This document shows, piece by piece, positions 1 through 14,361 of a stretch of 64,000 bases of DNA; positions within the stretch are counted from its first letter, which is position 1, and every line of letters starts with the position of its first letter. The position numbers were made by a program, and so were the translations under genes. Origin of the DNA: Octopus sinensis (taxonomy: Eukaryota); assembly GCF_006345805.1 (NCBI RefSeq), contig NW_021830466.1:1-64000 (forward strand), written 5' to 3'. The notes under the pieces are model-generated. The model was not told the origin of the DNA. It ran no database searches and was given only the letters and a program-made list of their open reading frames with translations.

Positions 1-435
1 AAGACGCAACGAAAATTTTAGGAAAAAAAAAGACGAAATAAGTGAAATTTACCATGAGTGTGTTAAATAATAAGGTACTAAAAGAGAATGACTCTCCCCA
101 GACACAACAGTATATGCTTCAACACACGAACTCATAAAGAATCTTGCAAACCAATCCAAATATATATATATATATATATATATATTGCCACTTAAAAGCA
201 CCTAGTCCACACTGTAAAGTGGTTGGCATTTGGAAGGGCATCCAGCTGTAAAAACCTTGCCAAAACTGACTTCGCCTGTGCTTGTGCCACATAAAAAGCA
301 CAGTCCACTCTGCTGAGTGGTTGGTGTTAGGAAGGCATTTGTACTACACAGACATTTGTACAACAGAGCCAAAGGTAGTTTCAGACAGGTTGGCATCAAA
401 TGGGTTAAGAATTGTTTCTCCATTATATATTCTAA

Positions 436-659
436 CCCTTTTGTTACCATATTTCTGTTGAGATGCTCTGTGTTTCTTTCAATTAATTTTAAATATAACA
501 AAGAATTTAGTAAAATAACCTAGTTATCATTCAGCTAGTGTTAGGAACATAAAATTGTGACTAAGGTTTGGTGGAAGATTTTAATTCAAAACTTATGAAA
601 ACAAGACATTTGTACTACAGGGCCAAAAGCGAATTTCAGATGGGTTGGTACCAAAAGGG
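436..659. mobile_element. piggyBac-like MITE
   Basis: taaCCCTTTTGTTACC ... GGTACCAAAAGGGtta termini with TTAA-like flanks. A related end occurs at ~15484. Confidence 0.5.
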
Positions 660-1950
660 TTATGCTATAGGGATTTTAATGATTGTTTCAACTAATCCTT
701 ACACTTAAGGATGGGTCTTTCTTTCCCATGGAATTCCTTCCACTAATAATAATCCTTTCTTCTACAGGGATAAATAAGGCCAGCAATTCTGAGGGGAGGG
801 GGAAGTCAATTTAATTAACCCCATTACTTTACTGGTACTTATTTGATCAACATTGTAAAAAGGAAAGACAAGTTTGACTTGGTATAAGAAGAAATGCCAC
901 CAAGAAATTTGTCCAACATGGTAATGGATTTGCTAGTTCACTGCTTTATTAACAATAATAAAAGCACTCAGAGAACGCAAATCTCCACCAAGGCAGCACT
1001 AATGTTCTCTCAATGATTAGCCAGAGATGAGTTTTAAAATGAAAATATCTGAAATAAACTCAACTGCTCTCACAAATGAGAAAACTAAAAATGAACCCAA
1101 CTGCTTTCAAAAATTAAGTAAAAGAAACAAGAAAAATAATCCAGAATCCTTTGTCCTGTACTGGATCGATCCCGAAATCTAATCAGTTTGTACCAGTCAT
1201 GAGGCCAAATATCCTTGAAAGTTTCATTAGAATCAATCCAGCGGTTCTTGAGAGATCTTGTCCACAGACAAACAAACAAACAAACAAACACAACTGAAAC
1301 TAATACTTCCGCCTTCGCTAAGGTGGAAGTAATAATAATAATAATAATAATACTAATATTTCTTAATAATTTTGGCACAAGGCCAGCACTTTTACTCACC
1401 TTACACATGAAGGGGTCCTCTGAGGCACCTAATCACCATTATTTATCTCTTTGTAGCTCCTAACCATTCTAACCTTCTCTTTTAAACACAAGCAGCCATG
1501 TAGCCCCTCCTCTTCAACAGGAACCTCAACTCTCCCATTTTCCCTTATTCTTTATTGCCTCATCTCAAAGTATAGAACTGCATTCCACTCCCATGTTTCA
1601 TAGTTCTAGTCTTGTGAGCAGCATGGCAACCTCATTAGTGCTGGTGCCAAGGAAAATCACCTGCTACACACTGTAAAGGACATCCAGCAGATACTGCAGC
1701 TCTAAGCACTTCTTGAACCCAACAGACCCTTTCAATCCACATCACTCAAGACAGCCTCGACATTAAATGATGATGGATATGCAACCATTTACTGGTTGCA
1801 TAGCTATGACTTTTTACACATTCCATCTGTTAATTATGAACATTATGATTATTGCATAATTCCAAGCTTCCAGAAACAGCTGTTGAGTTAAAAAACTAAG
1901 CATTCTTTTCTCAGTGTCCTGTATTTTCTATGCTCTATGTAAATTTATTT

Positions 1951-1990
<40 letters not shown>

Positions 1991-3139
1991 GCATACACAC
2001 ACACATATGTATGTATATATGTACATATATATATATTTTTTGTTTTCAAACCTATATGCCTTTGTATATTCTTTTATCCTTTTACTTGTTTCATTCACAT
2101 TTGCCCGGGGCCATGCTGGAGCACCACCTTAAGGTGTTTTAGTTGAAAAGAACGACTCAAAGACTTATTCTTTGTAAGCCTATACGATGGGCTTCTTTCA
2201 GTTTCTGTTTATCAAATCCATTCACAAGGCTTTGGTCAGCCTAAGGCTACAGTATAAGCCACTTGCCTAAGGTGCCACGCAGTGGGACTGAACCTGGAAC
2301 GATGTGGTTGGGAAGCAAGCTTCTTACCACACAGCCACACCTGAACATTCCGATCACCATTATCCTCATTCAATGTCCTCTTTTCCATGGCTGCATACAT
2401 CAGACAGAGCTTGCTGATGCAGTTTTTTTATGGCCTTTTTCACCATCGATCCTCACTTGTTTCCAATTGACTTAACAGTTTCCATAGCAAGACACGTTTA
2501 ACCATGTAAAACTGGAAATAAACAACACTGCTTGTATGATGGTCAGACTTGTTTACAACCACTGTGCAATGAATAGACAAGGGTGCACCGGCAAGCACAC
2601 ACACACACACACACATATATGAGAAAGGATTCAGTTTCCATACATCAAATTCACTCACAGGACCATGGTCAGCCTGGAGAGATATAGTAGAAGACACTTG
2701 TGCAAGCTGCTGTGAAGTGGGACTGAACTCAAGACCACAGAGTTGGGAAGCAAACCTCTCAATACAACAGTGACACCTACACCTATCTATACACCACACA
2801 CACACACACACAGACATATATATGTATATGCATGAATATTTTAGAGGCTCTGAGAAAACTACAAGGTGATGCACCATCACTCAGCTCTGATTGCATTGCA
2901 TCTGATAGAAAAAAACTGCTGTAAGCCAATGCAGTTGATTACATGAATCCTGTTCTCTTGTCCTTTCTTTAATTTCATATTATGCTCTGTACTTGCCTAA
3001 TGCTTTATTCTAAAGTGTATGTGCATTGAATTCTATCAGCAAGTTATTAGTAGCATTACACATAAGTGAAATCTTAAAACACACACACACACAGAGCCAC
3101 ACCTATATGTACACACCACACACATTCATAGAGAAATAC

Positions 3140-3330
3140 ATCATCATCATCATCACCATTTAATGTCTGTTGTCCATGCTGGCATGGGTTGGATGGTTTG
3201 AGCAGGGCTGGCCAGCTGGAAAGCTGCATCAAACTCCAGTCTCTTTTGGCATGGTTTCTACGGCTGGATGCCCTTCTTAACACCAACCACTCCAAGAGTG
3301 TAACGGGTGCTTTTTATGTGACTCCGGCAC
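3140..3330 (-). mobile_element. RTE-type retroposon 3' end; related pieces ~190-335 and 1615-1795 (+)
   Basis: ggatgcccttc.taac.ccaaccact motif and a gacattaaat(gat)n tail. Confidence 0.55.
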
Positions 3331-3942
3331 AGGTGCCATTTGCATGACAGGTCTTCTCAAGCATGACACAGTACCAATGGACTTTTTTTCTCCATGAGGC
3401 CCAATGCTCGAAGCATGGAATAATTCCAAATAGTCTCAGTCTTTGTCTCTGTGAAGCCCAATGTATCTCTCTATCTCTCTATCTATATTCTCATCCAAGA
3501 TAGAGATGGGAACCAATATTCTATGTGGAAGGCTTGATAATTGTTGAGATAATTGTTGGCATAATGCCAAAAGGTCTCAGTCTCTGCCTTTGTGAGATCC
3601 AATATATCTATCTATCTATCTATCCATCTATCTATTTATATCTTTATATATATATCTATATCTATCTATCTATCTATCTATCTACCTATCTATCTATCTA
3701 TCTATCTATCTACCTATCTATCTATCTATCTATCTATCTATATATATATATATATATATATATACATTCTCATCCAAGATGGAGATGAGAACCAACATTC
3801 CGTATGGAAGGCTTGATAATTGTTAAGAGACTTCTCTTTGCATGAAACCATTGGTAGCCTCTGTTAACCCACAAATAAAAAATATTTATCCAGTGATGCA
3901 CTGCTGACCACTCACGTCACTGTTCGATATATATATATATAT

Positions 3943-3978
<36 letters not shown>

Positions 3979-4291
3979 CATACACAAACAGAGATGGTGA
4001 AGTTTCACACCAGTTGTTTACAGTGTGGTCTACATTATGATGGTATGGAGAAAGAAAAAAAAGAAGGAAAACAAACAAGCAAACAATAAAAACTGTTCAA
4101 AGTATTTTGTCCATTTCTTACAAGACTCAACTTCATTCAATGAGAATCGATGTCTGTGGGGAATAGAAACCAATTTCTAATGCCAAGATCATGAATTAAG
4201 GAATTCCACAGAATTATTGCTTTGCACTGCAACATTGGCAATAATGATAATAACTATATCAATAACGAAAACAAGGATAATAATAATAATG

Positions 4292-4339
<48 letters not shown>

Positions 4340-4641
4340 TGATAATAATAATAATAGTAATAATAATAATCCTTTCTACTAATGGCACAAGGCCTGAAAT
4401 TTGTTGGGAGGGAACAGGTTGACTACATCAACCCTGGTGTTTCAGTGGTACTTAATTTATTGACCTTGAAAAAATGAAAAAGTTGACTTTGGTGGAATTT
4501 GAACTCAGGACATAAAGACGGATGAAATACCACTAAGCATTTTGCCCAGTGGGCTAACAATTCTGCCAGCTCGCCACCTTAACAACAACAACAGCAAAAA
4601 CAATAATAGTAATGATAATAATAATAATAATAATAATAATG

Positions 4642-4672
<31 letters not shown>

Positions 4673-4680
4673 TAATAATC

Positions 4681-5124
4681 ATTGGAAACTGGACATAGTC
4701 TTAATTGAGAAAGAAAACAAAAGAATAGGAAGCCAGACATAGTCTTAATTGAGAAAGAAAACAAACTATGCTGGATCATAGATATAGCATGCCCAGCTGA
4801 CAACAAGGTATGCAATAAGGAAGAAAGAAAAGTCGATACATATGACAGGTTAGCTTGGGAAGTTAAGCAGTTGTGGTCGATGAAAAAGGTAGCAGTAGTA
4901 CCAATAATTATCGGATCCCTCAGAACAGTGAGCAAAAATCACGAGAAGTACATGGAACAAATAGGGGCTGCAATATGAGTAGGGCACTTGCAGAAAACAG
5001 CACTGCTTAGAACCGCTTCAATACTCCGGAAGGTGCTTGAAAAATAAGAGGTGTTACCTTAGTTCACTGGTAGTGAACAGCTGAAACTGTTGTACATCTC
5101 CAGCATTAGAAGCAGTGCCAAGGC
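4681..5124 (+). mobile_element. 3' fragment of a second RLE-type LINE family, inside (AAT)n
   Basis: Reads PDIVLIEKENKLCWIIDIACPADNKVCNKEERKVDTYDRLAWEVKQLWSMKKVAVVPIIIGSL. A ~30-nt segment is duplicated at the 5' junction (4691-4720 / 4736-4765). Flanked on both sides by (AAT)n. Confidence 0.85.
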
Positions 5125-5180
<56 letters not shown>

Positions 5181-5181
5181 C

Positions 5182-5232
<51 letters not shown>

Positions 5233-5958
5233 TATTATTATTATTATTATTATAATTATATTCATGGGGCACAATTTTTGTTACACTGGTGAAAGAAGGG
5301 TACAGTTGATTATATCATTGACAAAACTGAACAGGGTTGTATTTTTTTGACCAATGAAGGTTGCAAACTGAAAGTAATAACATTATTAATTTTATTCTTT
5401 CACATGTTTCAGCCCTAAGGATGTGGCCATGCTGCGGAAAACTAGCAATATATATGTTTGTATACACAAATGTAAGGACACAAATGTAAGGATCCACATG
5501 CACATGCACACACACGCACACACAAATGTAGAGATCCATATATGTGTACACACACACATGTGTGTGTTTATGGGTATGTATATGTGTATATATATGTGTA
5601 CATATATATATATACGTATATATATATGAGTGTATATATATATGTGTGTGTGTGTGTGTATATATATTTGCTATAAACATACTCATGCACACATTGATGT
5701 CTAATATAAACTAATATATACATATTTTTACATATTTTTATTATATGTGCATCATATATCTATGGTATATATTATATATCATGTATGTATGATATCAATG
5801 ACATCATATGCGTACAATAAAATATATACTATCATGCACATTATGCACACACATGTATATAATGCATAATGTATATTATGTGTATGTATATTTACATAAA
5901 TACATACAACCATATACATACATATACATACATATATATATATATATATATGTTACCC

Positions 5959-6053
<95 letters not shown>

Positions 6054-6379
6054 GTATATATATTTGGGGTAACATTTATTTTGTGTCCACTGAACAAATG
6101 CATGTGAAAACAGCCAATAGAGCTAACAAGCCCAATTTGGCACGGCAGCGAGTATTGAATGTTGATATAGAGTTCAACAGTATCTGACAATCATTCTAGG
6201 TTTATGGAGTTGCTGAATGTTATACTGAAGTATAACAGTATTTAATAATGCTAACACACACATATATATTAACTAAAATTACATGTGTTTTAAGTTTTGG
6301 TAGAAAAAACACATTGATGTGCAAAGGAAATTCTTGTTGATTTATGGCCAAGTTTGTAAAACAGAAAGGAAATAAGAAT

Positions 6380-6383
6380 AACG

Positions 6384-6433
<50 letters not shown>

Positions 6434-6440
6434 GATGATG

Positions 6441-6504
<64 letters not shown>

Positions 6505-6610
6505 TGATAATAATAATAATGTTAGTAATAATAATAATAATGATAATAATAATGATAATAATAATAATGATAATAATAATGATAATAATAATAATTTAAT
6601 AATAATAATA

Positions 6611-6654
<44 letters not shown>

Positions 6655-6694
6655 AATAATAATAATGATAATAATAATAATAGTAATAATAATA

Positions 6695-6752
<58 letters not shown>

Positions 6753-6755
6753 GAG
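6380..6755. repeat. (AAT)n/(GAT)n compound microsatellite; others at 4260-4370, 5125-5255, 9485-9610, 48340-48450, 60950-61050
   Basis: Direct inspection. Confidence 0.95.
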
Positions 6756-8869
6756 AGTACAAATCTCCACCGAAGCAACACCAAAGTCCCTTCAACGATT
6801 AGCCAGAGATGATTTTTAAAATGAGAATATCTGAAATAAACTCAACTACTCTCACAAATGAGAATACTAAAAATGAACCCGACTGCTCTCAAAAATTAAG
6901 TAAAAAATTGGTAAAATAATCCAGAATCCTTGTCAGGTACTGGATTGATCCCAAAATCTAATCAGTTTGTGTCAGTCACGAGGCCAAACATCTCTGAAAG
7001 ATTTATCTGAATCTATCCAGCAGTTCTTGAGATATCTTGTCTATGGACAAACAAACAAACGCTGAGGCGGAGGTAATAATAATAATAATAATAATTAATA
7101 TAATGGTTTTAAATTTTGTCACAAAGCCAGCAATTTCAGGGGGAGTGGGTAAGTCGATTGCACTGACTCCAATGCTTAAGTGATGCTTTTGTCATTGACC
7201 CTGAAGGGAAGTAAGCAAGTTGGTCCTCGGTGGCATTTGAACTCAGAACCCTTTTGGCCAATACACTAACAATTCTACCAGCTTGCCGCCTTAATAATAA
7301 TTATTTCTATTATAGGGACAATAACTGAAATTTGGTGGGTGCCCAGTTGATTACATTGATCCTCAGTATGTAACTGGTACTTATTTTCTTGACCGTGGAA
7401 GAATGAAAAGCAAAGTTGACCTCAGCAGGATTTGAACTCAGAACATAAAGACAGATGAACTGTCAGTATGAATTCTGTCCAGGGTGTTAATGATACTTCC
7501 AGCTTGCCACCTTGATAATAATAATATAATTCTTTCAAATTTTGGTTAGTAATTTTGAGAGGAGGGGCATGTTGATTACATTGATCCCAGTATTTGACTG
7601 CTACTTAATTTTATATATATGAGGAAGCCAGAATGGTTTTGGCTAGAATGGTGTTTATTATTTTTGATTATAGGTTTACATGATCAGAACTAACCTGCTG
7701 ACTGGAAAATAATAATACAGTAGACAGAAAAAAGGTTTGAGAAAGAAAAAGGTGATATGCGTGTGGGTATGTTGGAGGTGTGCAAGTGGAAAGAAAGTTG
7801 TTGTGCTTAGGGAGAGTAAGAGATTTATGTCAATATAGGAAAATCAAGAGGAAGTGGTTCAGTGGAGCAGCAGAGAGAAAATTTGGTTATACAGAAGGAT
7901 AGGGTGATCAATGTAAAATGTCAGTAGAGAGGGACAACAAAAGATGGATATCAAATAAAGTGATCCCAAGTAGTGAGAAAGATAACTGATATCACAAAAA
8001 AAGATGATAGAATATGTAATTCAGCAATTTTTTTTAATTACAGCAGCAGAATACTGTAGGTAGACAAATGGAGCTGACCAAAACTCTATTTTCTATAAAC
8101 CACAACAGTTGAGGTGCAGGGTGTCATTACTGCTCTCACCTATACGATACAATCCATGCAATGAAGCTTTGGAAATGGTAATATTTCATTGTCAAAAATT
8201 AGCATGATACCCTGACTGTTTTAACAAAAGGACCACTGTGTGTTTAGGGTTTGAAGAAAAGTTCTGGTCATTAACATAATTGATAAACAATAATTAACTG
8301 TCTGAAAATCTTGACTTTATCTGTTCAGAGAATATAACCTGCTTTTGGCTGAAAGGATGGAAAGAAAACCACAGAACTTGCATTGTTCCAATTACCTTTT
8401 TTTCTTTCAAAGTGGTATCATTGAAATTCTCAGTAAATGCAGTTCTTTTGGTAAAAGATAATTTATTCCTACAATGCATCTTGGATGTGAATGGATATAG
8501 ACAGAAGAAGAAGAATCCTTATAAAATGATTTAAACTAACCTTTCAGCCCACCATTTTTGTACTAGAAAGAAGGCAGGGCTGATCTCTTCAAGAATATAC
8601 ATATAATTAATTTTGTCTATTTAAATTCAAGTTTTTTTTTACAGAAATTTAAGTAACAACATCTTTATTATTTCATTTAAAAAAATGGGGATAATCAATT
8701 GACATTGTTACCAAAACGTTGTTTAGGAGTTAAGGATGTGGGAAAAAGGCTGCAGAAACAGCTGTAAGCTAATGAAGTTAATTATGAATTCCTGTTCCCC
8801 CATAATTTATATATGTATATATATATGTATGTGTGTGTGTGTGTGTGTATGTGTGTGTGTGTGTGTATG

Positions 8870-8908
<39 letters not shown>

Positions 8909-9516
8909 GTATATGTATGTATGTATGTATGTATGTATATGATATATGTTTGAAAAAATTTTTGAACAATGCAGATGAGAAATTAGGCAAAATATGTAAA
9001 GTGATGTCGATATGTAGAAAAAACAAACAGGAAAGATATTGTATTAGTATACATATTTTGTTTAATATTTCAGGATACATTCCCATGTTCAAATAAAACA
9101 AAGAAAATAATCAAAGAGCTTGGAGACATATGCTGGTACTGGTCGGTTATTTTAGTTTGTCTGTGTGTGTGCATACATGCATGCATGCATGTATGCACAC
9201 ACATGCATACATGCATGCATGTATGTATGTAAAACAATTTTGTGATCCTGAAATGGCAATTATTTAATAAATTTTTATATTGGAATTTATTGCATTTTCT
9301 AATAGATAACAACAATGATGATAGGAGAGCATGATGGGAATTTTCAACACTATCAGACTATCACAATTTTTTTTTTTGGTTTTGGTGGGGGAGAAGTATG
9401 GGGAACAGGAGTGGTGTTAGATTAATACTATTACTTGGCTGGAAACATTTTACTGAGCTGGATGGATGACAGACAAAATAAACTGAATAATAATAATAAT
9501 GATAATAATAATAATA

Positions 9517-9580
<64 letters not shown>

Positions 9581-9611
9581 TAATAATAATAATCATGATA
9601 ATAATAATAAT

Positions 9612-9877
9612 AATATACAGACTTGTGAACAGATGCCGAAAGAATGTGTAATATGAAAACAAAAGTGATACAAATTGTGATTGGAACTCTTGGGTCAGTG
9701 ATGAAAAGCCTTCAGAAACACTTTGACGCAGTTGGTGTATCTGTCCCAGCATTATGACATTGCAAAAGACAACACTTTTGGGAACAGAAAATATCCTGTT
9801 GAAAGTATTGTCTAATTGAAGTTATACAACTTGATAAACCATCTAACGTTAACATGATCATCACTGTGCAGATGAAG

Positions 9878-9880
<3 letters not shown>
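9612..9880 (+). mobile_element. 3' fragment of a third RLE-type LINE family
   Basis: Reads YTDL*TDAERMCNMKTKVIQIVIGTLGSV...LQKTTLLGTENILLKVLSN*. Preceded by (AAT)n, followed by (TAG)n/(AAT)n. Confidence 0.75.
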
Positions 9881-9927
<47 letters not shown>

Positions 9928-9939
9928 ATAATAATAATA

Positions 9940-10243
9940 ATAATAGCAAAAGGGGCTGATTGCTACCTAGCTCAGATACCAGGAAACCCCAAAATGGCAG
10001 AAATTCAAAAGATAGTGCTCGTGGGAACTGCCCATATCCTACGTAAATACTGTCTATATAATCTCAAATTTTAAAACAAAACACATAATTTTCTATGGTT
10101 TCTTAACATTCTCTAGAATAAGACTATGTACAAAACCAAATATACGGCACCCTATTCATAACACCAATACTAACTTTTCTCTTGAGGTCTCTGGGTGAGA
10201 CTTGGAGTCAACTTGACAAATGCAAAGCAAAAGTCAAGCATAA

Positions 10244-10244
<1 letters not shown>
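9940..10244 (+). mobile_element. Short 5'-truncated copy of the 21.6-23.6 kb LINE
   Basis: Closely similar to 23281-23597 (gatagcaaaaggg.ctgattgctaccta.ctcagataccaggaaaccccaaaatggcagaaattcaaaag...gcaaaagtcaa.cata). Embedded in (AAT)n. Confidence 0.9.
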
Positions 10245-10300
<56 letters not shown>

Positions 10301-10819
10301 TCATAATCATAAAAATAATAATAAATAATCATAATAATAATCTAATGTATGAAATTTATGGGGGGAAAACAGTTCATTACATGAATTCCTGTACTTCAGT
10401 TGTATCTGTTCTAGAGTCTGTAGAAGGGTGAATGGCAAGAAAGTCAACATTACTATGGGTTGCAACTGTAATATGAAGGGACTTGTTGAATAATATTTGG
10501 CATTTTATTTGATGCTAACATTAACTCTATGATCCAATGTTTGTGAATTAGCACTTAATATTAGATAGAGGGTGGCGGTGGGAGGAAAAGAGTTGGGGGT
10601 GAATGGTCGTTAGTTGAAAATTGAAGTAATAAATATTTTGAACATAGGCACAAAGCCTTTAAAGGCAGATATTGTAAGATATATTGTAAGGTGGACAGAA
10701 AAATAAATGATAAAATATATTTTTCTCTTAGGTTATTAAATATGTGTGAAGATGTGTGTGCGTGAGAGCGAGTGTGTGTGTATACATACATGTATGTGTA
10801 TGTGTGTGTGTATGTATAT

Positions 10820-10865
<46 letters not shown>

Positions 10866-11149
10866 GCATGGTTGCAGCTCTCAACTTGAAACTAATAAAA
10901 AAAATACACACACACACACATATGTAAATGTACATAAACATGTATTTATACTTAGACACGTATATGTATATTTAATTGTACACACACACACATATATATG
11001 TACATACATACAAGTATATGTACATACATACATGTAAACATATATATATATACGTATATGTTTGGTTATATATCTGTGCATTTGTGCGCATGTATGTATA
11101 TCTGAATCAATATATATGTAAATATATACACACATTTATGTAAATATAT

Positions 11150-11345
11150 GTGTATCTATATATATGTATATATATATATGCCTACACACATTTATGCAAA
11201 TATGTGTGTATCTATCTATATATATTATATATATATATGCCTACACACATTTATGCAAATATGTGTGTATCTATCTATATATATGTATATATATATATGC
11301 CTACACACATTTATGCAAATATGTGTGTATCTATCTATATATTTC
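11150..11345. repeat. ~58-60-bp minisatellite x3
   Basis: atatatgcctacacacatttatgcaaatatgtgtgtatctatctatata repeated three times. Confidence 0.9.
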
Positions 11346-11699
11346 TATATGTTCAGTATCTTTTAACCATTTTGATTGTAGCAGAAAAGTGCAGTGAAAC
11401 ACAACATACATGAGCAATGTAATGAAAAATGTTAAATGATTAGAAAACAATAATAACCAGCGTCAAAAAACAGAACATCTACTGAAGAAAACATCACGGA
11501 CATGCACACACAAACACACGCACATTTATATTGACCTTATATATATAGACAAACAAAACACATACTCTGTGTGTGCATGTGTGCGTGTGTGTAAGACAAA
11601 GATGAAGATATCAGTTACAACACAAGTTTAATTTTGGTAACAATTGTTTCTGTAGCATTCTACATTAAATCACATTTAGAATTATGTGTGAAAAATTAA

Positions 11700-11744
11700 A
11701 CAACAGATATTATTGTATGTATGTATATATATTATATACATACA

Positions 11745-11784
<40 letters not shown>

Positions 11785-11908
11785 ATATATACATACATAT
11801 ATATATATGTATATATATATACATACATACATATATATGTATATATGTATATATATACATATATCCATACATATATATAGGTATGTATGTATGTATATAA
11901 TATATATA

Positions 11909-11965
<57 letters not shown>

Positions 11966-12011
11966 CGAGTATATATGTGCAATACATGTAAGTATATATG
12001 TTTATATATGC

Positions 12012-12042
<31 letters not shown>

Positions 12043-12300
12043 CGAGTATATATATGCATATACATGTAAGTATATATGTTTATATATGCAGGTATATATA
12101 TATATATATTATATATATCATATATATATGCATATACTGTAATATATATGTTTTATATGCAGGTATTTATATCAGCCGAATTGGCTAAGATGATATGGGT
12201 CTTGACTGATGACTGAGGGCTTCGAATGTCCCGTCCTGTGTTCTTTATGTCTTCTATGTGTGTTTATATCTTGTCCATTCTGTAATTATGTACTTATATT

Positions 12301-12331
<31 letters not shown>

Positions 12332-12395
12332 TATGTTATTTATATTATAATATATATTATATATATATATATATATATTATATATTATATATATT

Positions 12396-12426
<31 letters not shown>

Positions 12427-12803
12427 TTATATATATTTATATATATATAAAATTATTATATATAGATATTATATAAATATATATATAAATATATATATAA
12501 ATATATAGATAATAATACCTGCATATATAAACTATATACTTACATGTATATGCATATATATACTCGTATATATCTATATATATATATATATACCTGCATA
12601 TATAACATATATACTTACATGTATATGCACATATATACTCGTATATTATATATATATTATATATATATATATAATATATATATATTATATATTATATAAT
12701 ATATATATATTATATACATACATACATATATAAATATATATAAATATATATATAATATAATATATATATATATATAAATATATATATAAATATATATATA
12801 TAT

Positions 12804-12866
<63 letters not shown>

Positions 12867-13001
12867 GATATATATATATAATATATATATATGTGTATGT
12901 ATAGATATAAGTACCTATATAAGTATATATAGATATGTATGTGTGTGAGTATATATATTATAAAATATATATATAAAATATATTATTATAAATATATTAT
13001 A

Positions 13002-13075
<74 letters not shown>

Positions 13076-13200
13076 ATATGTGTATGTATAGATATAAGTA
13101 CCTAATAAGTATATATAGATATGTATGTGTGTGAGTATATATATATATAAATATATATATATATATGATATATATAGATATAGATATATATACATGCACA
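11700..13200. repeat. ~1.5-kb (TA)n-rich array with internal direct and inverted duplications
   Basis: tacgagtatatatg..tacatgtaagtatatatgtttatatatgcaggta occurs twice (11960-12100) and twice reverse-complemented (12515-12645). 12880-12960 repeats at 13075-13150. Confidence 0.9.
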
Positions 13201-13329
13201 CGTATATGACAAACGCATGAATGTGCCACTTACGCACACACACACACATGCACACATATGGATACACTAGATACAAACATTAAGATAACGGTAAAATTAA
13301 CAGAAGCAGGAATTTTATAACAATAATAT

Positions 13330-13882
13330 AAATGACAATAGTCTTGTGATGTCGTGTTGCTGTGGTAACGGTGAGGTGGGGGTGGCAGTCGAGGTCGATA
13401 GTAGTGGCGACAGTGGTGGGTTGTGGTGGTGGTGGGGGGGCGGTAGCAGTCATAGTCGTAGTAGTTGTAGGGGGTGATGGTAGTAGTGGTGGTGGTGGTA
13501 GTAGTAGTAGTAGTTGTTGTGGTGGTAACTGTAGTTTGTATTTTGTCGTAGTACTCTTATCAGTAGTATGAGTTGTATTTGTTGCTGTTGTTGTTGGTGG
13601 CGTTCATGTAGTAGTAGTAGGAGGAGGAGGAGGAGCAGCAGCAGAAATGGCCATGTTGGAGGTGTAGTAGTAGTAGTGGTAGTGGTAGTAGTAAGAGAGA
13701 ATTAGTAGAGGTGGTATTCGTGAGGGTGGGGTGGGGGATTTGTTTGTGGGGGGTGGGAGCACGGCATATTGTGATGGGTGTTGTCGTGGTGGTTGTGTTG
13801 GTGGTGGATGTGGAGGTGGTAGTTGGTGATGGTGTCGGGGTGGTGAGAGTGGTGAAGATTGTTACAGGTGATCCAAATAAGC

Positions 13883-13914
<32 letters not shown>

Positions 13915-13942
13915 GATAGATAGATAGATAGATAGAAAGATT

Positions 13943-13997
<55 letters not shown>

Positions 13998-14000
13998 GTG
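13330..14000. repeat. (GA)n, (GATA)n and degenerate (GGT/GTA)n tracts right after the Galpha stop codon (proximal 3' UTR)
   Basis: Direct inspection; begins about 18 nt past the TAA. Confidence 0.85.
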
Positions 14001-14017
14001 ATTTAGTTGAGAATTCT

Positions 14018-14202
14018 TTAGTAAGTGCCACACTTTCGAATGTTGAATTCAACTATCATTTCGAGCATATTTTCCAGAACATTCCTCATCTTTGTCTCAT
14101 CGACAGCACAGGTTATATGTGTATAGATGTTCTTCTTGTTGGGTTTCTTCTCCAGAAACTTGTCCTTGATATACTCCTGGCACTGTTCAGGACTGTTGTC
14201 TC
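14018..14202 (-). CDS. Galpha coding exon 7 (185 nt to stop; G5 TCAVD and alpha5), absent from the ORF track
   Basis: Acceptor TTTCTATTTGATTCGCAG|GA. Encodes (G)[60 protein letters not shown], with TAA at 14020-14018. Confidence 0.95.
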
Positions 14203-14279
14203 CTGCGAATCAAATAGAAAACAGAAAAAAGTCACAATCAGCTCAGCCCTTACCTTCTCCACTTCAAGATATTGTAAGC

Positions 14280-14361
<82 letters not shown>

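Noticed and set aside
8324-8460. Plus-strand FREYNLL resembling the Gq C-terminus (LKEYNLV)
   Set aside because: Not followed by a stop, no upstream TCATD/alpha5 context, and on the opposite strand to the gene; coincidence.
5270-10560. Scattered unique patches (~5285-5380, 6100-6170, 8040-8180, 10395-10430) as exons of a neighbouring gene
   Set aside because: AG/GT pairs exist, but I could not build a consistent, recognisable reading frame; RNA-seq is needed.
11150-11345. Regularly spaced ~58-bp repeats (CRISPR-like at a glance)
   Set aside because: Head-to-tail minisatellite with no unique spacers, in eukaryotic DNA with no cas genes.
12206-12230. CTGATGA...TTCGAATGTC
   Set aside because: No convincing stem II or stem I.
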